Positions 1 to 8,567 of a stretch of 64,000 nucleotides of DNA are shown here, piece by piece. The notes below the pieces were generated by a model. The model was given only the letters and a program-made list of their open reading frames with translations, had not been told where the DNA came from and searched no databases. Every line of letters begins with the position of its first letter. Position 1 is the stretch's first letter. This DNA is from an uncultured Candidatus Saccharibacteria bacterium. GTDB taxonomy: Bacteria > Patescibacteriota > Minisyncoccia > Phycocordibacterales > UBA918. The position numbers and the translations under genes were made by a program. The DNA lies in NCBI GenBank assembly GCA_964350645.1, contig CAYGJY010000002.1:33538-97537 (forward strand). Direction: 5' to 3'.

Positions 1-996
1 CTGCCCCGTGAGATCAAGTGAACTTACATCGGCCAAGAGTAAGTGGTTGTCAGTTCCACCAGCCATCAAGCGCACACCAGCATCAAGAAACACTTTCTCC
101 ATCGCTTTGGCATTCTTCAAAATCTGCGTAGCATACTCTTTAAACTCAGGTTGCATCGCTTCATGAAACGCGACTGCCTTCGCACAAATAATGTGCATAT
201 GTGGACCACCCTGCATCCCGGGGAAGACGGCTTTATTAATTTTCTTCGCGATCTCAGCGTCTTCCCGCACCACGATCATGCCGCCGCGTGGACCGCGGAG
301 TGACTTGTGGGTCGTCATGGTCATGACATCAAAGCCGTAGTCAAATGGATTTTTCAGTACCCCGGCCGCAATCATCCCTGTCAGGTGAGCAACGTCAGCG
401 ACAGTGTACGCACCAACTTCTTTGGCGATCTCCACAAACTTCTCATAGTCAAGTTCTCGTGAGTACGCTGAGAAGCCCGCCAAGATAATCTTTGGTTTAT
501 GCTCAAGAGCCACTGCCCGCAGTTCTTCAAAGTCGATCTCACCAGTACTCGTGTCTTTCATCTTGTACCGGACAAAGTTGAAGACTTTATTGATAGCAGT
601 GGTCGGGTGACCATGGGTGAGGTGTCCACCGTGCGACAGATCCATACCAAGGACAGTGTCACCTGGTTCCATCAAGGCAAAATACATGGCGACGTTGGCC
701 GCTGCCCCTCCGAGTGGTTGCACGTTGGCGTATTTCCCTTTAAAAAGTTTGCACGCTCGCTCAATGGCGATTGTTTCCATCGCGTCAGTAAAATCCTGGC
801 CGCCATAGTAACGCTTCCCTGGATAGCCTTCTGAATATTTATTGGTGAAGACTGAACCGTTGGCTTCTCGCACCGCCATTGAAACGTAGTTTTCGCTCGG
901 GATAAGCTCAATCCCCTTTCGTTCTCGTTCTTCTTCTCCGACGAGCGTAGCGTAAATGTCTGGATCTTGGTCTTTGATGTAGTTGTATTCGTGCAT
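1..996 (-). CDS. glyA: serine hydroxymethyltransferase (3' end runs off window)
   Basis: Not in ORF track. Manual translation from ATG 996: MHEYNYIKDQDPDIYATLVGEEERERKGIELIPSENYVS; later GGHLTHG and THKSLRGPRGG (PLP lysine) motifs. Confidence 0.95.
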   Translation of the reverse strand, partial: MHEYNYIKDQDPDIYATLVGEEERERKGIELIPSENYVSMAVREANGSVFTNKYSEGYPGKRYYGGQDFTDAMETIAIERACKLFKGKYANVQPLGGAAANVAMYFALMEPGDTVLGMDLSHGGHLTHGHPTTAINKVFNFVRYKMKDTSTGEIDFEELRAVALEHKPKIILAGFSAYSRELDYEKFVEIAKEVGAYTVADVAHLTGMIAAGVLKNPFDYGFDVMTMTTHKSLRGPRGGMIVVREDAEIAKKINKAVFPGMQGGPHMHIICAKAVAFHEAMQPEFKEYATQILKNAKAMEKVFLDAGVRLMAGGTDNHLLLADVSSLDLTGQ

Positions 997-1069
997 GATA
1001 AAAATCATTAAGTGTATAAAGTATTCTGCTATCTACATCGTTACAACATAGTCAAAATAAAGAGTCTGG

Positions 1070-1417
1070 TTAACGATTATCGCCGCTTCCACCAATTTTA
1101 CCACGTTCTAATCGTGAGGATAATTTTTCAATATTCATGGCAGCAACGTCTTCAAGCTGATACCCGCAGGTCTCAGCTAGCTGAGCAATATACCAGAGTA
1201 CGTCGCCCACTTCTTTCATCAAAGCTTCTTTTTGCTCAGCATTCAGTTCACTAGTCCCGGTCATTCCATCGTCACGAATAAACTTCTTTAACTTGCCCGC
1301 CACTTCTCCAGCCTCATCGGCAATCCCCAAACCTAAATAAAACATCCGCTCCATTTGATACTGAGACTTGCTAACGACGGTCGCGTTGGTTTTAAATTGG
1401 TACTCGTTGAAATCCAT
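1070..1417 (-). CDS. MazG-like (d)NTP pyrophosphohydrolase
   Basis: DEAGEVAGKLKK and KEVGDVLWY acidic metal-binding motifs, NIEKL..R..RG tail. Confidence 0.85.
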   Translation of the reverse strand: MDFNEYQFKTNATVVSKSQYQMERMFYLGLGIADEAGEVAGKLKKFIRDDGMTGTSELNAEQKEALMKEVGDVLWYIAQLAETCGYQLEDVAAMNIEKLSSRLERGKIGGSGDNR

Positions 1418-1420
1418 AAT

Positions 1421-2092
1421 CTACACGTGTTTAGAGACTAGTTGATACACTTCCTGATGAATATCATCACGCGTTCGCATCTGACCATCTTTCATACATT
1501 CAATCTGTTGCCAACAGTTGAGTTTTTCAACCACAATTCGAGCGGCTCGATCAGTTTGCTTTTGATGTTCTAGATTAGTTTCTGCTACATCAAGCACATT
1601 TTCTTTTTTATCGGCTGCGTGTTGTAGCATCTTAATTCGCTCCTCGGGATCAACGCTAAAATATAAAATAAGATCAGGGCGCGGTAACCCAAGAACTTTA
1701 TGTTCCATCTGATCGAGCCACTCTAAAAAACTCTCCATTTCTGCTGGATCAGCAATCTTTGATCCCTGGTGAAGCATATTTGAGCTTACGTAGCGATCGA
1801 GGACCACAATTCGACCTTCAGCCAACCACTCTTCAATTTGTGGTTTTGATTCAAATCGATCAGCTGCATACAGTGTTGAAGCAATCCGTGGGTCAATATG
1901 CAAAAAATCACCCCGCTTGCCATCAAGGCATTCCCGCAGTAGCCCCCCAAAGAAATTATGCTTATAACGTGGAAAATCGAGTGTTCCGGTTTGATGACCA
2001 TCTTGAATCAACTGATGCACCAACATATCAGTCTGAGTCTGCTTCCCTGCTCCATCGCCACCATCAATTACAATGAGTTTTCCTGTTGCCAT
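1421..2092 (-). CDS. tmk: thymidylate kinase family protein
   Basis: P-loop IDGGDGAGKQTQ, FPRY, LYAADR, DRYVSSN, PRPDL motifs. Confidence 0.9.
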   Translation of the reverse strand: MATGKLIVIDGGDGAGKQTQTDMLVHQLIQDGHQTGTLDFPRYKHNFFGGLLRECLDGKRGDFLHIDPRIASTLYAADRFESKPQIEEWLAEGRIVVLDRYVSSNMLHQGSKIADPAEMESFLEWLDQMEHKVLGLPRPDLILYFSVDPEERIKMLQHAADKKENVLDVAETNLEHQKQTDRAARIVVEKLNCWQQIECMKDGQMRTRDDIHQEVYQLVSKHV

Positions 2093-2094
2093 AT

Positions 2095-2595
2095 TTATTC
2101 AAATTGTTTTCCAATAATATTACCTGGATTGTTTTTATCAAACAACACTTCACTCCCTTCAAGTAGATAGACATCTTTAATGCCAGCTGCAATCATTGCC
2201 TCCCAGCACGGCTGACAGCACCACCAATGTCCCCAGAGATAGAGATCAGCTCCGCTAGTATCTACCCCTTTTTCTCGAGCTTCATTAATGGCTGATTGTT
2301 CACCATGGTTTTTTGGGTGACAGCCTTCGCATAACTCATACCCTTGTCCCGAAGGTACGTTTTGTTTTATTCGTTCACACTCATGCGTCTTATGGTACTC
2401 ACTACCATTTGCCCCAGCCGCAACAATAGTACCTTCACTGACAATCACTGAAGCATTAGGCATGACCTGATCTAATGAATGTTCTCGAGCAAAATCTTTA
2501 GCAGCCACTATAAACTCATTAGTTGCCGAGACATACTTGATCTCTATTCCTTCAGGTAAATAGGGGTACTCAATTTTTTTACTCATATCTGACAT
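2095..2595 (-). CDS. dCMP deaminase/ComEB-like zinc deaminase
   Basis: HGE (HxE) and CCQPC zinc motifs plus CER...SG..YELC segment typical of dCMP deaminases; start 2595 or 2586. Confidence 0.8.
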   Translation of the reverse strand: MSDMSKKIEYPYLPEGIEIKYVSATNEFIVAAKDFAREHSLDQVMPNASVIVSEGTIVAAGANGSEYHKTHECERIKQNVPSGQGYELCEGCHPKNHGEQSAINEAREKGVDTSGADLYLWGHWWCCQPCWEAMIAAGIKDVYLLEGSEVLFDKNNPGNIIGKQFE

Positions 2596-2689
2596 GGGGG
2601 GTATTCTGCTGACATAATGAACAAATTGTACCACAAGAAAAATAAGCTTAAATCTTGGCCCAAATGGGCTTGTCTAGTAGAATTGGGAC

Positions 2690-3538
2690 ATGGAAACACT
2701 CATCAATGGCTATGATATAGCGTATCAAAAAGCACTAAAAGACATCATGGAAAAAGGGATTCGCGAGGTCAACGAGCGTACCGGGCACGAAACCGCTACT
2801 TTGCCCGGCGTCAGCTTCAGCCTTGACCTTGAAACTGACGGTTTTCCGATGCTCTCACTGCGGAAAGTGCCAATCAAGATGTTTGTTGCTGAGCAAGTCT
2901 GGTTTATCGCTGGCTTACGCAAGCCGGCCGACTTCCTTCGTGAATACACCAAAATCTGGGATGATTTCACTAACCCAGGCGACACCGTGACTGTCGCTTA
3001 TGGCTACCGGTGGCGTCATCACTTCGGTCGTGATCAGCTCGGCGACTTGATCACCCTCCTCGAAAACGAACCAAGTTCTCGCCATGGCATCGTGCTGGCG
3101 TGGGACCCGGGCAGCGATGGTCTTGGCGGCACTAAACGCGCTAACGTACCTTGCCCGTTTGGTTTCTCCGTTAACATTGTGGGTGGTCGCCTTCATCTTC
3201 ATAACTTTGTACGCTCCAATGACATGATGCTTGGTAACCCCGCCGATGTCGCTGGCTTTGCGCTTCTGCAGTGTATCTTGGCTGAGCGACTTGGTGTTCG
3301 CCCTGGCATTTACACCCACTCAATCTCAAACGCGCACATCTACGATATTCACTACGAACAAGCCAAGGAGGTTATTAGTCGTACCAGCTCTCAAAAACCA
3401 ATTCATGTGAGCATTCCTGAAAGTGCGTTTGCTCGCGCTGAAGCCAAAGACGGCTCATTAGTTGAGGAAATCGCTGCCAGTATTGAAGACCAGTATGAAC
3501 CACAGGCCGCCATTAAAGGTTTAAAAATTGTTTTATAA
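2690..3538 (+). CDS. thyA: thymidylate synthase family protein, probable dCMP-specific variant (Asn->Asp)
   Basis: YGYRWR, catalytic PC (C155), RSND...GNPAD, HIYDIH motifs; D186 sits at the E. coli N177 position. Confidence 0.9.
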   Translation: METLINGYDIAYQKALKDIMEKGIREVNERTGHETATLPGVSFSLDLETDGFPMLSLRKVPIKMFVAEQVWFIAGLRKPADFLREYTKIWDDFTNPGDTVTVAYGYRWRHHFGRDQLGDLITLLENEPSSRHGIVLAWDPGSDGLGGTKRANVPCPFGFSVNIVGGRLHLHNFVRSNDMMLGNPADVAGFALLQCILAERLGVRPGIYTHSISNAHIYDIHYEQAKEVISRTSSQKPIHVSIPESAFARAEAKDGSLVEEIAASIEDQYEPQAAIKGLKIVL

Positions 3539-3543
3539 TTGTT

Positions 3544-4194
3544 ATGTCAGTTCTCACCAAAGACGAAATCCTTGACCGCATTGATAAAGGCGATATTGCC
3601 ATTGAACCATCTGTCGACCAGTTCCAAATCCAAGCCCACTCGGTTGATCTGCGACTCGGGTTCACCTTTATGCTCCCAAAACAATATGTGTTAACGCAAA
3701 AAGGCCGCGAAGCTCTGCAGATCGACCCTCTCTTAAACCACGGACCGGAATATTTCGATGTCATTGAACTTGAACAAGGTCAATATTTTGAACTACTTCC
3801 TGGTGAGCACGTCCTTGTCTCTAGTCTTGAAAATATTAAAGTCCCAAAAGACCTGATGGCGATTCTCTACCCTCGTTCATCGGTAAACCGTAAAGGGTTA
3901 TCAGTTGACCTAACTGGAATTATTGATTCTGGCTACGAAGGTGTCCTCACCCTCCCAGTACGCAACAATACGTCAGCGCAAATCATCCGCTTGTATCCGG
4001 GAGAACGTTTTTGCCAAGTAGTTTTTGAAGCTCTCACCCATGCAGTTGATGCTCGGCCCAGCCGTTGGCACAAGAAAGATGTCGTTGAAAAGGGTGAAAA
4101 AGAGATTGGTATTGAAATCGAATTGATTCGTGACGGAAAAATAAAAGAGCTCAAAACAGACTACAACGTAATGAAACCTACTGCCGATGTATAA
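3544..4194 (+). CDS. dcd: dCTP deaminase/trimeric dUTPase family protein, divergent active site
   Basis: SVDLRLG, PRSSVNRKGL, IIDSGYEG, LYPGERFCQ motifs; catalytic Glu position is Pro. Confidence 0.8.
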   Translation: MSVLTKDEILDRIDKGDIAIEPSVDQFQIQAHSVDLRLGFTFMLPKQYVLTQKGREALQIDPLLNHGPEYFDVIELEQGQYFELLPGEHVLVSSLENIKVPKDLMAILYPRSSVNRKGLSVDLTGIIDSGYEGVLTLPVRNNTSAQIIRLYPGERFCQVVFEALTHAVDARPSRWHKKDVVEKGEKEIGIEIELIRDGKIKELKTDYNVMKPTADV

Positions 4195-4705
4195 AGAGAT
4201 ACCAGTTGTCATTGTGGCCGCAATGAGCCAGGAGCAACGAGTAATCGGTAAAGACAATGCCCTGCTCTGGGATTTGCCAGAAGATCGAGCACACTTTCGT
4301 GACGAAACCCGTGGCAAACCAGTTGTATTGGGGCGTAAGACCTTTGAGTCAATTCTGAGTATCTTAGGAAAGCCTTTACCCCAGCGGCCCAATATTGTCG
4401 TGACCAGAAATCGTGACTATCACACTGAGTACGATAATGTAACAATGGTTGAATCACTGGAAGCTGGACTCGAAGCGGCGGCAGCTACGCTGCCGCCTGA
4501 AATCCATATCGGTGGCGGTTCACAACTTTACGAAGTCGCCTTCCCGTACGTTGATGAGTTACGACTTACCTTAATTAATGACGAACCAAACGGTGATGCA
4601 TTTTTCCCAGACTACACTGCAGATTTTATCGAAACGGAACGCTCAGAACCTAAAACTGAAAACGGCATTTCCTACACATGGGTGACATTTACACGCGCTC
4701 ATTAA
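4187..4705 (+). CDS. folA: dihydrofolate reductase
   Basis: VIGKDNALLWDLPEDRAHF, LGRKTFESI, KPLPQRPNIVVTR, IGGGSQLY, GDAFFP. Confidence 0.95.
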   Translation: MYKEIPVVIVAAMSQEQRVIGKDNALLWDLPEDRAHFRDETRGKPVVLGRKTFESILSILGKPLPQRPNIVVTRNRDYHTEYDNVTMVESLEAGLEAAAATLPPEIHIGGGSQLYEVAFPYVDELRLTLINDEPNGDAFFPDYTADFIETERSEPKTENGISYTWVTFTRAH

Positions 4706-5507
4706 TTGCTTGATAAACGTGTATAAATTGCTTCGTAGCTGCAACATCATGGACTCGAAAAATATCGACTTGCGCTTTAAGCCCGGCTACCAGACTCGCC
4801 AACGAACCTGGTAACCGCTGGTCAGTCGGCACCTCCACACCCATAATCTTTTCAATAAACCTCTTACGCGACGTACCGAGAAGAGTTCGTGCCCCAAGAG
4901 TATTGAAACGCTCTAGATTCGTAAGCAGAGTAAGGTTATGTTCAAGCGTTTTACCGAAGCCAATTCCTACATCGACATAAATATTTTCTCTACTGAGGCC
5001 AGATGTCTCAATAGCAGCAATTCTCTCCTCCAAAAACGCATACACTTCTTCAATCACATCATCATACTGCGGGTGAGCTTGCATCGTACCAGGCTCGCCT
5101 TGCATATGCATCACACATACCGGGACCTGGGCAGCACTAGCTACTTCAAGCGCATCAGCTTCGCGAAGTGCCGCAACATCATTAATCATTGTTGCTCCAG
5201 CCTTAACTGCGTCTGTCATGACTGCAGCATGTCGACTATCGATTGAAATTGGAATGTCTGTTTCTTTACGCAATCCCTCAATCACCGGCAATACTCGACT
5301 TAATTCTTCACCAACAGCGACTTCTGCAGCTCCTGGCCGAGTGCTTTCGCCACCAATATCTACTATATCTGCTCCTTCAGCAATCAGTTGCAGTCCGTGA
5401 GCAATCGCTTTCTCGGTTTCTAGAAATTGCCCACCATCACTAAAACTGTTCGGTGTAACATTCACAATCCCCATAATCTTTGGTTGATACGCAGATTTAA
5501 TCATCAT
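4689..5507 (-). CDS. folP: dihydropteroate synthase
   Basis: IMGIVNVTPNSFSDGG, DIGGESTRPG, DVGIGFGK, GTSRKRF, FRVHDV. Confidence 0.95.
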   Translation of the reverse strand: MMIKSAYQPKIMGIVNVTPNSFSDGGQFLETEKAIAHGLQLIAEGADIVDIGGESTRPGAAEVAVGEELSRVLPVIEGLRKETDIPISIDSRHAAVMTDAVKAGATMINDVAALREADALEVASAAQVPVCVMHMQGEPGTMQAHPQYDDVIEEVYAFLEERIAAIETSGLSRENIYVDVGIGFGKTLEHNLTLLTNLERFNTLGARTLLGTSRKRFIEKIMGVEVPTDQRLPGSLASLVAGLKAQVDIFRVHDVAATKQFIHVYQAINERV

Positions 5508-6714
5508 TTTTTTTAATTGGTTGGTCAGCCACATTCGCCATATATTCATTGATATGTTTGCCTGTCATCGGATGACGCCACTCCGGATTAAGATCGTAGA
5601 GTGGCTGCAAGACAAAAGCTCTCTCAAACATCCGTGGATGAGGTACCGATAGAACATCACTGTGCAGAGCATATTCACCAAAGGTCAAAATATCAAGGTC
5701 TAAGACTCGTGGTGCATTTTGTACTGTGCGTACCCGACCAAATTCTTCTTCAATACTATGCAGTACTTTCAGAAGCTCATGTGCGGTCAACATGGTCGTA
5801 ACCTCAATCACTTGATTAAAATACCAAGGATCATCTGATACTGGGACTGGGGCGGTTTTGTATACTGGTGAGACAGCAATAACTTCAATCCTCTGCAAAC
5901 TAATTGCGGCAATCGCTTTTTTCAGTGTCTCTGCTGGAGTGCCAAATTTTGAATCAAGATTCGCTCCCAAACCAATATATGATCTGGTTTCTTTTTGCTC
6001 TTGGGGTGAGAGATGCCCTTCAAACAATACACGAAACATATCGTTCTGTGGTTCAATCAAAAACGAGTGCCGGCGATCAATATCTGTGAAACGAAGTCCT
6101 GGCACGTTGCGTGCAATCACCACTGGCTGACATTCAGCCACCTCACCCATAACCAGTGAAGCGCCCGCTGCAAGCGAATCAATCATATTACTTGATGACA
6201 CATGGATCTCTCTACCAAACAAATCTTTCTTACCTTTATGGAACTCAATTGGTTCTATCCCCCAAAATGCAATCGACACCCCCATACACCCAAACCGTAA
6301 TGGCGTTAAGTGACTATCAGTAATGATAACGCCAACATTTTTAAGGTTATGTTTGTCTTTAAGGTACTGCCAAATTTCTTTAGCTGCACCAAAAGCGTCT
6401 GCTGGCAGTAAAGAATAGTACCCAGCACTATTACTTTCATCAATTCCGGCTGACGCAAGGAAGGTATTGTACTTGATGGTCAGCGGGTATTTATAATATG
6501 AGCGATCAATCACGTGTTCAGCCTCTTCGGCTACCAGAGTGGCTTTATCGGTGCCTTCAATTGGTATACAGCGCCCTTGATGAATCGCGATTACCTTAGA
6601 GGATACTAAAACCACATCACCCTCTTCAACAATCGTAAGCGACTCATCAAGTACGGCAAAGAGGTCATCTTGCGGTGGCTGTAGTATACGGGTTTTGATT
6701 GGGATAAACTCCAT
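5497..6714 (-). CDS. fusion: CofE-like (F420:glutamyl ligase family, FolC2-like) N-domain + FolK (HPPK) C-domain
   Basis: N-part: SSKVIAI, AGIDESN, GVIITDSH..PLRFG, DLFGR, MGEVAECQP; C-part: YIGLGANL, YFNQV, IEEEFGRVR, PRVLDLDIL, PHPRMFERAFVLQPL. Confidence 0.85.
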   Translation of the reverse strand: MEFIPIKTRILQPPQDDLFAVLDESLTIVEEGDVVLVSSKVIAIHQGRCIPIEGTDKATLVAEEAEHVIDRSYYKYPLTIKYNTFLASAGIDESNSAGYYSLLPADAFGAAKEIWQYLKDKHNLKNVGVIITDSHLTPLRFGCMGVSIAFWGIEPIEFHKGKKDLFGREIHVSSSNMIDSLAAGASLVMGEVAECQPVVIARNVPGLRFTDIDRRHSFLIEPQNDMFRVLFEGHLSPQEQKETRSYIGLGANLDSKFGTPAETLKKAIAAISLQRIEVIAVSPVYKTAPVPVSDDPWYFNQVIEVTTMLTAHELLKVLHSIEEEFGRVRTVQNAPRVLDLDILTFGEYALHSDVLSVPHPRMFERAFVLQPLYDLNPEWRHPMTGKHINEYMANVADQPIKKNDD

Positions 6715-6715
6715 G

Positions 6716-7063
6716 TTATTTACTTTTACGGACAACCGTAGCTACGACAGCGTTTTTCAATGCTGCAGGTTTTTGCACTTCTACTTCTACCCGTTGTACC
6801 TCACGATACTGCAAACAAAGATCTGCAATCGCATGGGCAAACGTTTCAATTAGATAGGGTTGTTTCTCTTCGGCATACTTCTCAATCATCATAGCGACTG
6901 CATCATAGTCGAAGGTAGTTTCAATGTCATCGTCGAGACTTGGCCGCGTGTGCTCAATAGTCAGATTCAACACCAGTGTCTGACGTTTGCTGCGCTCGAC
7001 ATCATAGACGCCAATCACTGGTTCAATGTTGAAGTTTGAAATGGTAATAGTGTGCAGTTCCAT
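6716..7063 (-). CDS. folB: dihydroneopterin aldolase
   Basis: IGVYDVER..RQ, TFDY, LIETFA, VQKPAA motifs; ATG 7063 is the likely start. Confidence 0.85.
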   Translation of the reverse strand: MELHTITISNFNIEPVIGVYDVERSKRQTLVLNLTIEHTRPSLDDDIETTFDYDAVAMMIEKYAEEKQPYLIETFAHAIADLCLQYREVQRVEVEVQKPAALKNAVVATVVRKSK

Positions 7064-7098
7064 AGTGTTATATGTATGGCCTTGAAAGTACCACACAT

Positions 7099-7129
7099 CA
7101 AAAGCCGGCGCCATAGGCGCCGGCTTTTG
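7099..7129. terminator. perfect inverted repeat, probable intrinsic terminator after rplK
   Basis: caaaagccggcgcc-ata-ggcgccggcttttg. Confidence 0.7.
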
Positions 7130-7145
7130 CAAACGTGAGAAGTAA

Positions 7146-7571
7146 TTATCCTTTTACATGGACTCCCATGCTCTTGCAAGTACCCTCGATGATTTTCATC
7201 GCTGCTTCAATTGAAGCGGCGTTAAGGTCAACCATCTTTGCTTCTGCAATTTCTTTAATCTGAGCCTTAGTAATATCACCAACTTTTGATGTCAGGTTCT
7301 TACTTGAGCCCTTATCTTTACCAATTGCTTTCAGAATCATTCGTGATGCTGGAGTAGTCTTACACTCAAAAGTGAATGACCGGTCATCGTAAACCTTAAT
7401 GATTGTTGGAACAATCTCTCCCATACGCTCACGCGTTTGTTCATTAAACTGGTTAACGAATTCACCAATGTTAATCCCAGCCTGTCCGAGCACCGGACCA
7501 AGTGGTGGAGCTGGAGTCGCCTTACCACCGACAGCTTGTACTTTAATTTGTTTGAGTAGTTTTTTTGCCAT
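7146..7571 (-). CDS. rplK: 50S ribosomal protein L11
   Basis: GKATPAPPLGPVLGQAGINI, KTTPAS, IEGTCKSMG. Confidence 0.97.
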   Translation of the reverse strand: MAKKLLKQIKVQAVGGKATPAPPLGPVLGQAGINIGEFVNQFNEQTRERMGEIVPTIIKVYDDRSFTFECKTTPASRMILKAIGKDKGSSKNLTSKVGDITKAQIKEIAEAKMVDLNAASIEAAMKIIEGTCKSMGVHVKG

Positions 7572-7671
7572 GATTTAGTTTGTTATGTATATGCGTCAGC
7601 GACGCAGTTGAAGCTTCCATAACGTAACAGCGTGGCAAATACTACAAGAAATAGTGGCTTTTAGCAATACT

Positions 7672-7702
7672 AAAAGGCGGCCAGCAAAGCTGGCCGCCTT
7701 TT
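7672..7702. terminator. perfect inverted repeat after nusG
   Basis: aaaaggcggccagc-aaa-gctggccgcctttt. Confidence 0.7.
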
Positions 7703-7716
7703 GGTATTTTCTCTAT

Positions 7717-8262
7717 CTACCCTTTTCGAATCTGCAAAAAATCAAGCTCTACTGGAGTCTCTCGACCGAACATCGATACCAAAACTTTTACCTTACCGCG
7801 ATCTTCGTCGATCTCACCCACCTTCCCTTCCAGGTCTTTGAATGGCCCGTCAGTAATAAAGACAATATCGTCGATCGCCATATCAACCTGATGTTTTGGC
7901 GCATCTTGTTCCATACGATTCAGAAGCGCCTTCAGCTCATCATCGCGCAGTGGCACTGGCTGGGTACCACTACCGACGAAACCAGTAACTCGTGGTGTGT
8001 TACGCACAACGTACCATGATTCGTCGTTCACAATCATCTCAACAAGCACATACCCTGGATACACTCGTTCTTCTTCAGTCACACGCTTGCCGCCTTTCAC
8101 TCGAATCTTTTTTTCAGTTGGTACCACCACATCGAAAATCTGGTCTTGCATACCAAGTGATTCGATACGCTGCTTAAGGTTTCGAGACACAGCGTTTTCA
8201 TACCCAGAATAAGTATGAATCGCGTACCAATGTCGAGCGCCGTCTGTCTGTTGTTTAGCCAT
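7717..8262 (-). CDS. nusG: transcription factor NusG
   Basis: WYAIHTYSGYE, YPGYVLV, VRNTPRVTGFVG, KOW domain with MFGRETPVEL. Confidence 0.97.
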   Translation of the reverse strand: MAKQQTDGARHWYAIHTYSGYENAVSRNLKQRIESLGMQDQIFDVVVPTEKKIRVKGGKRVTEEERVYPGYVLVEMIVNDESWYVVRNTPRVTGFVGSGTQPVPLRDDELKALLNRMEQDAPKHQVDMAIDDIVFITDGPFKDLEGKVGEIDEDRGKVKVLVSMFGRETPVELDFLQIRKG

Positions 8263-8263
8263 A

Positions 8264-8443
8264 TTAAATAATTGCGTTAAGAAGGCCAGTAAAGACATAG
8301 TCAAACGCCCCCACAAATAAAGCGACAATGATTGATACGATAATTACCAACACACTGAAAACAAGAGCTTGCTTCTGGGTTGGCCATGACACGTGCTTCA
8401 TTTCAGCTTTCGTATCACGAAGATAATTTCCAAATCGAGACAT
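8264..8443 (-). CDS. secE: preprotein translocase subunit SecE (59 aa)
   Basis: Not in ORF track. MSRFGNYLRDTKAEMKHVSWPTQKQ then one TM helix; secE-nusG-rplK synteny. Confidence 0.93.
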   Translation of the reverse strand: MSRFGNYLRDTKAEMKHVSWPTQKQALVFSVLVIIVSIIVALFVGAFDYVFTGLLNAII

Positions 8444-8508
8444 AATAATTAATTGAGTTTAAAAAAACACCCCGCGGGTGGATTTCTGTAATCATACTCC
8501 TCTAAAAC

Positions 8509-8553
8509 AAAAACGCAAGCGGGGCGGCCGAAGGCCGCCCCGCTTGCGTTTTT
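8509..8553. terminator. 21-bp perfect inverted repeat with GAA loop
   Basis: aaaaacgcaagcggggcggcc-gaa-ggccgccccgcttgcgttttt. Confidence 0.75.
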
Positions 8554-8567
8554 CCTCCCCTCTGTGG

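Noticed and set aside
43-1254. Plus-strand ORFs at the window start, and the many other antisense ORFs over known genes
   Set aside because: Shadow frames of glyA, MazG and other well-supported genes on the opposite strand
1070-4705. Prophage-borne DNA modification cluster
   Set aside because: No phage structural, integrase or replication genes nearby; the cluster is contiguous with glyA, fol genes and rplK-nusG-secE
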